From positions 119,418 through 183,417 of the forward strand of contig JAQGDQ010000086.1 in assembly GCA_030141605.1 (NCBI GenBank): DNA of 64,000 bases, given 5' to 3'. Position 1 is the stretch's first letter; each line of letters opens with the position of its first letter. Positions 25,301 to 36,784 of this stretch are shown here, in pieces. The notes under the pieces are model-generated. The model made no database searches. It was not told the DNA's origin and saw nothing but the letters and a program-made list of their open reading frames with translations. The stretch is from Tubiluchus corallicola (Eukaryota; Animalia; Priapulida). Position numbers and translations under genes: made by a program.

Positions 25301-28300
25301 AAGTACAGTGTCAGTATTTTCCAAAGCTTCTGCAACTCTCTGTTCTGAGTGTAGGCAATCATATGTATCAGCATTATGATCTGCAGGAGACAAACTGTGG
25401 CAAGAGCCAGAGTCAGTAGTAGGATTTTGATTTTCATTGTTCAAAGGCAACACAGTTTCTTTATCGGCATTATCATGCATAGGCACGTAATGGTCTGCAA
25501 AAGAAGGACAAGCATGATTATCACCAGCTGCATGTGGTGTCGTAGTACTGAAATCTGGACAGCTGTGCTGTGTGGAAAGTTGCAGATCATCTTCTTCACC
25601 AGCAGAAGCTGGAGGCGACTGAGTTCTGACTTCACACTGATTTTGTTCCAAGTGTAGGTACTCATACGTTCTAGCGCTATTATCTACAAGAGACAATGCG
25701 TGACAGGAACCAGAGTCAGTTATAATATTTTCGTTGACGCTAGAAGCATTCAGAGGTGTAACAGTTTCTCTATGATTATCTTTCTCATCACAATGGCCAG
25801 CATCAGCATCAACATCAATATTTGCAGGCATATATTGCTCTACAAAAGAAATACAAGCATCACTATTATCAGCTGAATGTGGTGTTGTACTACTGAAGTT
25901 GAGAGAGCTGTGCTGTACAGAATGTTGCACAATATCTGCAATATCAGCAGCTGCCGTAGGTGACTGAATTCTAATTTCACACTGATTCCCAACTTCACTA
26001 AACATACTTTTCAAGCTACTTGTATTAGACATGTTGTCATTCATGTTTGATGTTGTAATGTTAATAGATGCAGCATCAGAATTTGTCATCTCCATCTTTT
26101 CGCCGCCCCTAGAGAACCCAGGAGGACTGACTGACATTCCATCCTTCAACAATTGTTCTTCTTTATCTGGCATCTCTACATTTTTGACATCTTCAGAAAC
26201 ATTGCTACAGCTTCCAGTGCTAGTCTTGTCATTAGTTGTGTCTGAATATGATTTTGGAAAATTAATAGGACCAGTTTTGCACTGCTGAGCTGTTATATCA
26301 CTTTCGTTTTGATCCTCACGTAACAACGAACTTTCAAGTTCTGTTGATACAACTTTTGTGGTAAACAAAACGCTTTTTCCAACCTTCTCGCTTTCTTCAA
26401 AGAGTTCCTTCGTTTCTTCCATTGTAATATATGTAGCTGACACTGCCAAATTTGATTCTTCATTTAACTTTTCTGCATCACAAGAATGAATTTCTTCGAA
26501 AGGCATATTTTCCAAATGGAGTTGCTGTTTAGGGGCAGCTGCTGATATAGCATCATTTTCAGTAAATTTTTTTACAAACAAATTTGTTGTGGATGAACAA
26601 TCCAAATCTGTTTTAACTCTGGTATCAAGCTGTCTTATGTTAATTTCCTCTGATTTTGCATCATGCTGATCACTATCATCATGGACAGAAAATCTCTCAC
26701 ACAATGTAGCTGACTCATCCTTTGCAATAACATTGTCATGATCAGTACCAAATTCTCTTTCAACATCAGCAGGTGTGCTCACTACACGCATCCGGGAAGA
26801 ATTTGTCTTGATTACGGCTTCAGGTTTCGGTTCAGACAAGTGACGAGAAGACTTCAAGCAGATGGGAGATTTTCTAGTTTTAGCAGCAATTTTAGCTGTT
26901 CTGTCAGGAATACAAACTTCAAGTACTTCACTGTGATTACCTTCAGAACTTTCGCTCTCGCTGACACTTTCGCTGCCCAGCACTTCTATGTTTGTTATTA
27001 CTGGTACCGAAAGGTCTACTTTAAACTGTCTTGAACCAATCTGTATTATATGCCGTGTTATTTCAGGTGTACCAGATCGAACAGCTATAGCACACACATC
27101 AGATGCAATTTCAGGCATCGGATTACCGGCACTCACTGAATGCCTGGTTTTGAACGTATGTCGATGTGGCGGGTGTGCTGCAGCTAGACTTGTTTTCGGC
27201 TTTTCTCCATATTCTGCAACAGCAATGCACACAGCCGGTTTTGGTTCAATGTCACACGTATAATAAACAACATTTTCCTCAAGTGCAATATTGTCATTAG
27301 GATAGTCACTGCGATCTACATCTGATGTGAATACTATTTTCTTTTCTTCATCATTACTATTATGTGGATTAGCTGACCAATCTGGTTTTTCTGAAAAGTC
27401 GGAAACATGAAACTGATGATCAGAAGAAGAAAATGACTGCTCCATGTATGCCTCTTGTTCACATTCAGAAGTGTAGTAAACAACTGGTGACTGGTTTTCT
27501 GTAACACCATCTTCAATACCATCTTGTTGACTCCATTCGTGAAAATTTTGCCCATTAGTAGCTTCATCTGTTAGTTCCATAATCAGATCATAATTTTCGT
27601 TCTGGTTTGCTTCATTCTTCGAAACACTTGCTGGATTTTCATCTGATGTTCCGCTATCATCCATAATCAGATCATAATTTTCGTTCTGGTTTGCTTCATT
27701 CTTCGAAACACTTGCTGGATTTTCATCTGATGTTCCGCTATCATCCATAATCAGATCATAATTTTCGTTCTGGTTTGCTTCATTCTTCGAAACACTTGCT
27801 GGATTTTCATCTGATGTTCCGCTATCATCCATAATCAGATCATAATTTTCGTTCTGGTTTGCTTCATTCTTCGAAACACTTGCTGGATTTTCATCTGATG
27901 TTCCGCTATCGCCACAAGGGTATTGAAGACTGGAGGAAGGACTAACTCTAGAATTTCTAAATAGTTTTGACTGTTCCCAAGCTGATTCATGGTGGGCAGG
28001 ATCACCAAAGAGAAATTTAACTGGGTTTATAATAGCGGAGCTGCTCAAGCCAGTATCGACTTCAGATTCGTGTTTATTCCGACGACCAAAGATATTTTTT
28101 ACAAAAACATGTTTGTTGTCTTCTCTGCACTCCACATAAACAGCTGCAGATTGCTGAAAGTCTGCAACATAAAGTTAATTAGTAACAATTTAAGAGTACC
28201 TAAAATATAATCATAATTTCGTAATAAAGGTACATTGCTGCCACACCTGAAGCTCAACAAAAAGAACGTTGCATGATTAATAAATTATGGCCATGAATAC

Positions 28301-31300
28301 AAAATACCAAGTGCTATATGGTAACTAACAGAGGAGCTTTCGTGCACAAAGCTGCCTAACTAAATTCTCAAACTGCATAGAAACATATTCAGAATGTGCG
28401 ACAACTAAAGCAGATTTCATGCAGTCTGAATCTACTGTCACCTGCCACATCTGCTTCAGATGCGTCAATCAAATCGTGACGTAATCTATCAATCGACACA
28501 CATTCTGAATGCTTACAAAAATGTCTTTAACGGTTTTCTAACTTCCTTAACATGAAGTAAGGTGTTAATTATGTTCACAGCAGTTAAACAATTAGATTTC
28601 TGGGGCAGACTATGAAAAATGAGATTTAATTTAAGGAAAAATAACTTGCATTTCTTGTTTACATTGAAACACATAATGATTGGTACTACTAGAAAACAAT
28701 TTTACTATAGTTATTGTATTAATTAAATGTTAAATGCATCATAGCCAACAAAAATTTATCAATCTGACTTACCACATCACATAAACATTTATATCTAAAC
28801 ATAAAATTTCTTGCTTTTCTAGGTACATGCAATCATTTGTTTGTTTTTTTATCATTCTCAAATAAAATTGTCACTACAGATTTACTTTAATAATAAGTTT
28901 CGCAGACCTCTCAACCCTCGGAGAAAGCAAATCTGGAGATTTTTCAGAAAACTGGATATTCCTCAAAAAACTTGGAGATTCTACATCGCAAATATAAAGC
29001 TAGATTATTTTTCACTATGGCACTGAAACTTTTTCATGAAAAAAAGCAAAACAAATGTAGTTAAATATTAAGATAGTTTTGTAATAACTTGCTAGTTGAA
29101 AACAGCACAAATAATATTGAACGTTTGCTAAGTTTTACTGTTGATCACGAGTGTTTTCGATGCAAGACGTGCTTGTTAAAGAGGCTGCTTGGATGTGGCA
29201 GCACTCTAAACTGATTCACAGAAGAAAAATTTTCTATTATTTAGTTTTACTCAGTATTATCAAAATTTATTGACTTTTGTATTAACTGTGATAAAGTAAA
29301 GATGTACAGTGAAACAATAAGAAATTAGTTAATACTGTGAGACTCACGGCAATACCGTAAGAGTTGAGAAGTCTACATTCCATAAGATTGCTACATGATA
29401 CATTAACAATTTTAAACAAAACACCACAAACGTTTGACATTATTTTTCAGAAATCTGACAATGCAAGTTAGTCGTCCAAACAAAACTAGAATGATATATT
29501 TATACAGTTTATTCATGTTTTTCAAAAAGATGCTTTTAATTGCACTTTAGAGTAAATTTTGATTTCTTTCAAGACAGAATGGAAGTATCACATTCAATTA
29601 TCTATATGATAATTCAAAAACCACTAACTTAATTAATACACTGGAGCAGGGGCGCAGCCAGGTTCTAAAGTTAGAGGGAGCAAGCGCATAAAAAAGGTGC
29701 TATGACACATACCAAATAATTTTTAATGCATTGATTATACATGTTAATTTTGTGCTTAACATGAATCCACAAGGAAGATAAACTTTTAAAGGAAATACAT
29801 AATTGTTATTTTGCATAACAAACACAAAATCATACGTATAATAAAACGTAAAGACACTGAAACTTGCCTTTGTAAAATATAATTGACAGTAGGTTTACTA
29901 CTAGACAATCGTTTGGCAAAATATAATATAACAATTCGATTTGGGGCAATTTGATCCTTCGTTCAATCAGTCAACCTTGACAAATGAGTTGCATAAATGC
30001 ACTCTCATTTCAAAACATGGGAGGCAGGTTAGTCAAATAAGTAATGATTCCATTATTGAAAAGGCACCAATTTTGAAAAATTTGCTCTGATGGAGCAGTT
30101 GCTCTCCTTGCTCCCCTGTTAGCTATACACCACTGCACTGAACTCTAAACTAAATTAATATAATGCTTTGACTTTTATCTTTTTAGTCAAAATTGGCCAT
30201 ACTAGAAAAAAGTTTCTGTTGTGACTAACAATCAAACTCAGACATGCAGTGGCATAGCTAATAGGGGAGCAAGGGGAGCAACTACTCTCCCTAGCACATT
30301 TTCAAACAGCTGGCACCTTTTCAAAATTTTTTTAACCCTTTGGTTTACTTGTACAATAAAAGTCAAATACTTTTTTATTTTTTAATTGATTATTTGAAAG
30401 AATTTTCTGAGCCTTTACTTTATTCATGTATTTTCCCCTAAAACTATTGTGTTTACAAAATTAAAATGTGTAATAAATGCATTAAAAATTATTTGACATG
30501 TATCACGAAGCCTTTTTTATGTGCTTGCTCCCCCTAACTTTAGAACCCGACTACTGGCTACCTCTCTGCAGACATTGTTATTTAATATAAAATTTTCATT
30601 TTTGTTTCTTTCTTAGCGTTCTTTCAAAGTTGTCAACAAGTTTATTGCGCATAAAAAATGAAATAGAGGACATGTAGCTTAATTTTGAATTGTTCTCTTA
30701 ATCAACTTCAAACAAAATATAGACACAAATTATATGCAAAGATTTAGAAAGACTGACATTTTCTCCAAGACTGCACTTACAAAATAGTCTAAATTGCCTA
30801 ACATAGGGATAATTAAAACATTACAAGTGGTAACTGTGACAACAACTGGAAAATGTTCCAGAAGGAAGAAGGCAAGCTTTGCGCTGCACATTTTGCATTT
30901 TCGCCAGACACATTACATACTTACTGGCTAAGCAAACAATAGCACAATACATTATTAATGCCAATCCATCAAATAAGGCTTTTAGTCAGTTAACAAGGAA
31001 AGCTATGTCACTGTAAAGGCATCTATACCACAAGTTAGCTTAAATTAGTAACATAAGTTGATAGTTTGCAGTTCCTTTTGTTATCATTATTGCAACAAGT
31101 TTACGCCACCATATCCATTCGAGAATTTTGCTTCTGTCAAGAGTTGCAAGAAAATTTCGAGCAATAGCGTTCTAACATTTCCTCACATTGAACATTACGA
31201 GATTAAATGGAGAAGAATGTAGTTTATATTGATTCGGTGTTGTCGACTCACGTCAGCCTTACTATATATATATATGCAATAACTTTAGAGTATTAGTCGT

Positions 31301-34298
31301 TGGATCTGATAACAGGATTCTGAAGGTTTTCAAATACAATCAGAAGCCTTTCAATCTTTCAAAGTGTAAAATGAGATTTTGCAAACAGGGAAACATAACC
31401 AACAAAAACTATCTTAATATATTAAATTACTGCATTTAATCGCATCTGTGGCAAGGAAACCATTTAATGCTGTCAAAACAAAATGATCATTGAGTTTAAT
31501 AGTCAAACAATATTCAAATGCAAAACCTTTAACTGTGTTAGTGCAATTCCTATTTCTAAGGAATTACAGTACCTGGTTGCTCAGGTTTTGCAGGCTCCTC
31601 GGGTGATTTCACAGCTTCTTCATCATCATTGCTTCCTCGCAATGTTTTAGTGGAGTCTATGTCTTCTGTAGCTGGCTGTTTAAGCTATAGAAGACCATAA
31701 AGCATTAACTTTAATGGCTGACTGTTAGTTTCAGTTGGCGCTAATCAAGTAAGCAATAGTATTCTTCCAACAGTTTAGTATTAGGCTACGGACAAGTTTT
31801 GTATCTATCCGAATGCTCTAAAAATCACTTTGCTTGTGTAAATTTCTTCAGTTTCATTTTATAATTATCATGATTCATAATCAAACGTACCTAAGATGTC
31901 ACAATAAATATATGAACAATTTATGATTAAAATGCAGAACTGCGATATTACACAATTTTATCAGTGTGCAATACACTTGATAATACAAATAAATACTGTA
32001 TTGTTTGATGTTAGTCAAGTAGTAATTAATTTGATGCTTACTGCAGCAACTTCCAGTACTTCAGCTGGACTAGCAACACCTTTTGTCTCGTCTGAAAAGA
32101 ATTTATATTGAGCATTGAAAGATTTATAACTAAAAATAGAAACATAATTTGCACAGTATGCAATTAACTGAAAATTACGACTTTTTGTGACTCTGTAAAT
32201 CAATAGAAAATTATGGTTTATGTTAATATTTTTGTAAAGTGTGGAATGTGGATATTGTTATAACCTGAATAACAGCACAGTCAATTTAAAGCCTTAATAG
32301 AAATTATGGAACAAATGCTGCTGATTTTTTATCAATCAATATGTTTGGCAAATCACAACAATGAAGACATAGCAACTAAACAAATGATGCAAATGACCTA
32401 GCTTTTGCTGCAAGGCATATTTATTCAAAAGGACATTGCTTGTTATACACATTTACATGCAGTGCCAATAACATAACCCAATAACAATCAATAATTATTG
32501 ACTGCAACTAAGTATACGCGTAGTCAAACCATTTCTAAAGTCATAACATGAGCCTGCTAATGGTACGCGAAAGTGTAACAAAGAAAAATAATGTTCTGTC
32601 AATATTTATAGAGCCAGGTGTAATCACTCTTAAGTAAGACCCAACCTGGTTACCATGGGAACATAATATGTTTGTACACTGACTGACATAAAGACATACC
32701 ACAAACTAATATAAAAAAATAGTTTCCATTTTGGAGTGTTTTTGTAACAATTTCAGACAGTAAATTTAGCTTCAACAATACTTAAATAAAATCTTGATTT
32801 CGTCATTTCTATTTTATCTGAATTCATGAAAAAAAGCATAACACTGCTGTCAAGACTAGGTTAATGGAGAACAATAATTATTATGTTTAGGACTGCCATA
32901 ATTATGCAATATATAAGCCTAACTAACTTAAACCTTTATGAAAAAGAATGCGCCCAGCAGAGGATGATGCAAAAACAGCAGTGAAGTTCCAGTTGCAATA
33001 TTAGTAATAATGCACACCATTCCGCAACAAAACTGTTACACAGCAACATTCCCATAACCAACTTGAAATTTATTTGCTGAATTCAAATCATTAATCAACT
33101 CACTGTTAAATCAATACTTTAATACGTATGATTCTGAATCATGTTGAGTGCCAATTTGCAAACAAAACAGCACCAAGTTTAGGAAAATTCAGGTGTATCC
33201 AACTATTAGCACACTAGCTTTCAAGCATGGCATGAATTTCATTTTTCCAATTTATAGATAATATTTACCAAAAAAAGTACGGCATTAAGAGTTTGATATT
33301 AAAGCAAAACTGATATCAGTATTTCATAACAGTTTCATCATGTGATATGTTGATCGTCCTATGCACTCACAGAGCTCTATAACTATGAAAAAGGTATAAC
33401 TTCCCTGCACAAACTAGGCATGGACAAGAGTAGGCTGGTTTCTAACAATTGCACCTGCAGCTCAAATGGAAATCTTTCAAATGAAATAAATTAGATTATT
33501 AGAAAGTTTGGTATTCAACTCTCAGCTTAATTTTTTTGATTCCTTAGACAGTAAGGAAAGCTGGTTACTGTATTATAATTTTAAAAATAAAATGAGTGCA
33601 AACAGCTCGCGATAAAATTGACATTTCATCATTTCAAGACAGAGAATAGTGGTCCTGTAACAGCTAGCAAATTAGCAACATTATCAGTAAAGAAAACAAA
33701 TGCTAAGCAGCAGTAATTAATTGTGCTTAATAATTACTGGATATATATGAGCAAATATTAATGGGGTCAGCAGTTAACATACATTACTAACAACAATGGC
33801 CTTGTAGCATAACGCTAATGCACTTTTCACAGGCCCTTCGTGTTTGAAAATATTTGTAATACAGGAACATTCTTAATTATAATTTCTTGATAAACAGTAT
33901 TTTAATAGTGTAATATAATAGAGTATACTCTAATATTACTTTAATGAGGAATGAGGATGTCAAGCTACGTTACAGACAGTTCAATAATTTTGAATAAACA
34001 CAATGATCTACTAAATAAGAATAAACAGTATGCGAAAAAAAGTCCACCTTGACCTCAGGAAACTGGCAATATACCATATTTGGTAATATAATCAAAAGTA
34101 ACTATGCAAATAAATGTAAAGCAAAAAATTACTATTTAAATGATTACCAGCAGTCTTTGGCACATCATTTTGTCCTGCTTTTTGTTGTTCTTTGGGAACT
34201 TGTGCTGACTCGCCAGCAGTCGTACCAGGTGCTTGAACTGCATCTTTAGCCGATTCCTGATCGTTGGATTTCTTTTTAGAGCTAGAAGCACAGCCCAT
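16305..34298 (-). CDS. Uncharacterised N-acylated, acidic/disordered protein with one RPEL motif; complement join of 34148..34298, 32042..32091, 31573..31684, [23527..28161], 22449..22493, 22086..22166, 21836..21898, 20138..20239, 19899..19979, 19138..19209, [17680..17790], 16305..16342
   Basis: All exons have GT-AG boundaries and chain in phase from MGCASSSKKK to DKAKNEEPVNKS*; about 264 aa without the bracketed exons and about 1809 aa with the giant exon. Confidence 0.78.
17680..17790 (-). CDS. Possible cassette exon VALPEKKSNVTMDSVAVC...NMRP
   Basis: tttcctttaacag/gtacgc, 111 nt, open in phase 1-1; composition differs from neighbouring exons. Confidence 0.4.
19138..19209 (-). CDS. Exon DSTQKESAADAKPVNDGTIKKSQP
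   Basis: ttgcag/gtgagt, 72 nt, phase 1-1. Confidence 0.75.
19899..19979 (-). CDS. Exon EAVTSDEVEQDKPTSPAKTKPADDLQA
   Basis: Phase 1-1, 81 nt, donor gttaga; acceptor could be 6 nt further in. Confidence 0.65.
20138..20239 (-). CDS. Exon GETKDLPEVDTT...EPT (alternative donor would end it at 20159)
   Basis: ttgcag acceptor; two phase-1 donors (gtgaga, gttaaa). Confidence 0.7.
21836..21898 (-). CDS. Exon VTEQVESEGAEVKQPDSKLEK
   Basis: ttacag/gttgta, 63 nt, phase 1-1. Confidence 0.7.
22086..22166 (-). CDS. RPEL-motif exon VLERQISTRSRKEDLIERGILKPEQEG
   Basis: ttccag/gtgagt, 81 nt; fits the RPEL consensus LxxxIxxRxxxxxLxxRGIL. Confidence 0.82.
22449..22493 (-). CDS. Exon VVPRQKSAFMENSIQ
   Basis: ttttag/gtaaga, 45 nt, phase 1-1. 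Confidence 0.72.
23527..28161 (-). CDS. Giant 4635-nt exon (1545 codons), acidic and Ser/Asn/His-rich, repeat-containing
   Basis: Covers nearly all of the 1564-aa ORF 23441..28135; ttgcag acceptor is in frame with the upstream exon; donor gtgaga at 23526; phase 1-1. Confidence 0.82.
24435..26085 (-). repeat. Four degenerate ~110-155-aa protein repeats starting NQ(C/H)E
   Basis: Recurring NQCE..QSPP, PH.....AC.SF, EKDNHRET, DSGSCH.LSL, HLEQ. Confidence 0.85.
27576..27910 (-). repeat. Perfect 84-bp coding tandem repeat x4 (DDSGTSDENPASVSKNEANQNENYDLIM)
   Basis: Identical units seen in both DNA and ORF translation. Confidence 0.95.
29647..30135 (+). mobile_element. hAT-type non-autonomous element, copy 1
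   Basis: TIRs caggggcgcagc ... gctatacaccactg; flanks cactggag/cactgaac (6/8 TSD). Confidence 0.7.
30247..30568 (-). mobile_element. hAT-type non-autonomous element, copy 2 (inverted, shorter)
   Basis: Both ends are reverse complements of copy 1; flanks cagacatg/cagacatt (7/8 TSD). Confidence 0.75.
31573..31684 (-). CDS. Exon LKQPATEDIDST...EPAKPEQP
   Basis: ctatag/gtactg, phase 0-1. Confidence 0.78.
32042..32091 (-). CDS. Exon DETKGVASPAEVLEVAA
   Basis: ttttcag/gtaagc, phase 1-0. Confidence 0.75.
32649..32662. promoter_or_regulatory. RFX X-box GTTACCATGGGAAC in intron 1 of the MGCASS gene
   Basis: Fits the GTHNYY-AT-RRNAAC consensus. Confidence 0.45.
34148..34298 (-). CDS. First coding exon MGCASSSKKKSNDQESAK...VPKTA
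   Basis: aaaATGG start context, MGCxxS myristoylation/palmitoylation motif, donor gtaatc, phase 1. Confidence 0.82.
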
Positions 34299-34527
34299 TT
34301 TATCAGTTCACCGGAAAACAAAAATAAAGAGGTACCATAATTGATTGGATGGCATAGTAAAGTTTCCTTCGAGAGATTACAACACATTAATAAGTAGCAT
34401 TACGTAGTGTAAAGTCTTTAAACTTCTGCTGGCAAAATTTACTTGATAGTATTGCGAGGACTCAATAACTGCGTTGCAAAACAGTAGAAAAACCTGCAGT
34501 GCAATTGTTTGTAGCCGCGCTCTATCG

Positions 34528-34542
34528 GTTGCCCGTAGCAAC
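34528..34542. promoter_or_regulatory. RFX X-box GTTGCC-CGT-AGCAAC
   Basis: Fits GTNRCC(N0-3)RGYAAC, 230 bp upstream of the MGCASS ATG; extra half-site GTTGCTA about 10 bp away. Confidence 0.6.
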
Positions 34543-36113
34543 AGGCTGTACGGTTGCTATTAAATTAAAAACTAATGATTCAGTCAAGTAAAATACTGTG
34601 TTATTTCATTACAGCTTAAAATCTATTGTTAAAACATATATTTCCGATATAATTGCACTGTATTTTACTATTGTACCAAAATTTATTTTAGTGTATTAAA
34701 TAAAATTAACAAAAACTAACATTTGAGCATTTTGACTAGGAGATGGCAGCACCTACCCTGGCTCACCCTCCGTCGTATACGAGAGGTAGGTGTAGGACGC
34801 CGAGTAATCCACTAGCCGAAGTAGGGCACTTCCGGTAAAACGCATGTGCTAAATTTGCGGAAAAGCAGTGTCGTACATAGGCCGCCCAAGTAGGATAGTG
34901 GCGATTTCTGTCGAGAATTTTGACATAATGAAACGTAAAATTAAATTTGTTTAAAAAAACTAACTTCATAGTAATGATGGATATTCCTTGACAATTTACA
35001 AATGCATTTTTTACAACAATATCATCATTATTATCAGCTCCATTAATAATTATCATCATAACATTAAACTAAGTATCTAATGCTTTAAAGAGAGAAACTA
35101 TGTAAGGCACATAGCTCACTAGCCCGTTTACTTAGTAGAAAACAATTATTTGTACAAGAGGTAGTGAAAGGGATCACCTGTCTGTGAAGCGAGACAAAAT
35201 AAAAATGATATACCTTAAGCAAATTTTTGATTCGCCTAAAGAGTGGGCTTATTTAGCTTCAAACAGATTAATATTGAAGCCAAATTTAATATTGGCCATC
35301 TTACTAATTCAATTTAATTTATTTATTAACTCCGCAACAATTATCAAAATACAGTATTAGGAATACATGCAATATTATGTAACAAAGGAGAAGAGCAGCG
35401 AAGAACCCGTAGGTTATCTAGTCAGCCACCCTTTAATAGCTAGGATTAAATAAAATTAATTTTGGCACCGTTCTCAATTTAGTTGACGTGTGTAATTGGC
35501 AATTAAATGATGGAAAACGCAGTACTGTAGAACATTATAATTTGAATAACCAAAAATTTACAATTCTAAAATACTGTGAATATACGAAGCAAACAAAATA
35601 AAAATAACTTAAGATTTTTAACATAACAGAAAATCGATAATGTGAGCATTAACTAAACAATACGGCAAAAAACAGCAGAATGTTCAACCAAAGATGTTCA
35701 TAAAAGAATATAATAAATCAAACCAAGGAAAAATAAAGTAAATATAAATCATACAAAACAAAACAAAAAAACAGATAAGAAAAAAACAAAACTGAAACAA
35801 ACTGTTGTAAAATAACATCAACGACTGAAGCTGTCGAGAAAGAGAATATAATAAATTAAACCATCGAAAAACTAAATCAACTGTAAATAAGTCAAAATGA
35901 AATCAAAATATAGCAAAAACTTAAAGAAAACCTTGTAGTGTTGTAACATTGAAAAAAATATATAGATTTTCCAAGTACATAAGTAAAATATCTCATTCAT
36001 TTGAATCCTGCAATAAGTTGTTTTTTATAGTTTAGAATGAACTTGTTGTAGTTACTTGACTTTAATTGATGTGATAATGAATTCCACAGCAAAGATCCTT
36101 GGTGTTTTAAAAG

Positions 36114-36117
<4 letters not shown>

Positions 36118-36143
<26 letters not shown>
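36118..36143. repeat. (TA)n microsatellite
   Basis: Seen directly. Confidence 0.85.
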
Positions 36144-36149
<6 letters not shown>

Positions 36150-36341
36150 AATTTAATATATATTTATATTTAATAACTCAAAATAGGATTCTTTTATTTT
36201 ACCAGCTGTATAATAAATTATTATATTTTATTAAATTATAATAAAACGATTTTGACGTTTTCAATTATTATTATTAAATAAAAAAAGATAACGGGTGCTG
36301 CCAGTACGGTTAACGACTTAATTCCCGACCTGTCTCTAGTG

Positions 36342-36447
36342 TCCTGCTTGGGCAGCCCATGTACGACGCATCTTACTTAGGCAGCCCATATACTACGCGT
36401 CCTACTTGGGCTAGCCCATGTACGCTAATTGTCCTACTTCGGCTAGT
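36342..36447 (+). repeat. ~29-bp GC-rich tandem repeat x3.5
   Basis: tcctacttgggcagcccatgtacgacgc variants; reverse complement present at about 34870-34895. Confidence 0.8.
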
Positions 36448-36784
36448 GGGTTACTCGGCGCCCAAGAGTAGGTTTGTTGAGTGTGCTCCAAGGCAAGGCG
36501 ATTGGACCCATTCCAATTATAAGACCGAAATGGTTAGTCTTGTAATGCATTGTGGTTGTGAACACAATATAAATTGTAGGTGCAATTAATTAACGTTCCG
36601 CAAGAATGGCAAGTTATCCATGTCAACGGTAGATTCTTGTTTTAGGCCTATATTTATTATAATTATAAATATAGCATAGATTAATACTAGTAATAGTATT
36701 AATAAATAATAGTATTAGTAATAGTATAATGTAAGTGCGCGAGGCTTTTACACATCAAGGCTCTATATGTGTGTGTGTGCGTGG

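Noticed and set aside
24523-28210. Short overlapping ORFs within the giant exon
   Set aside because: Alternative-frame or antisense shadows of the long coding frame
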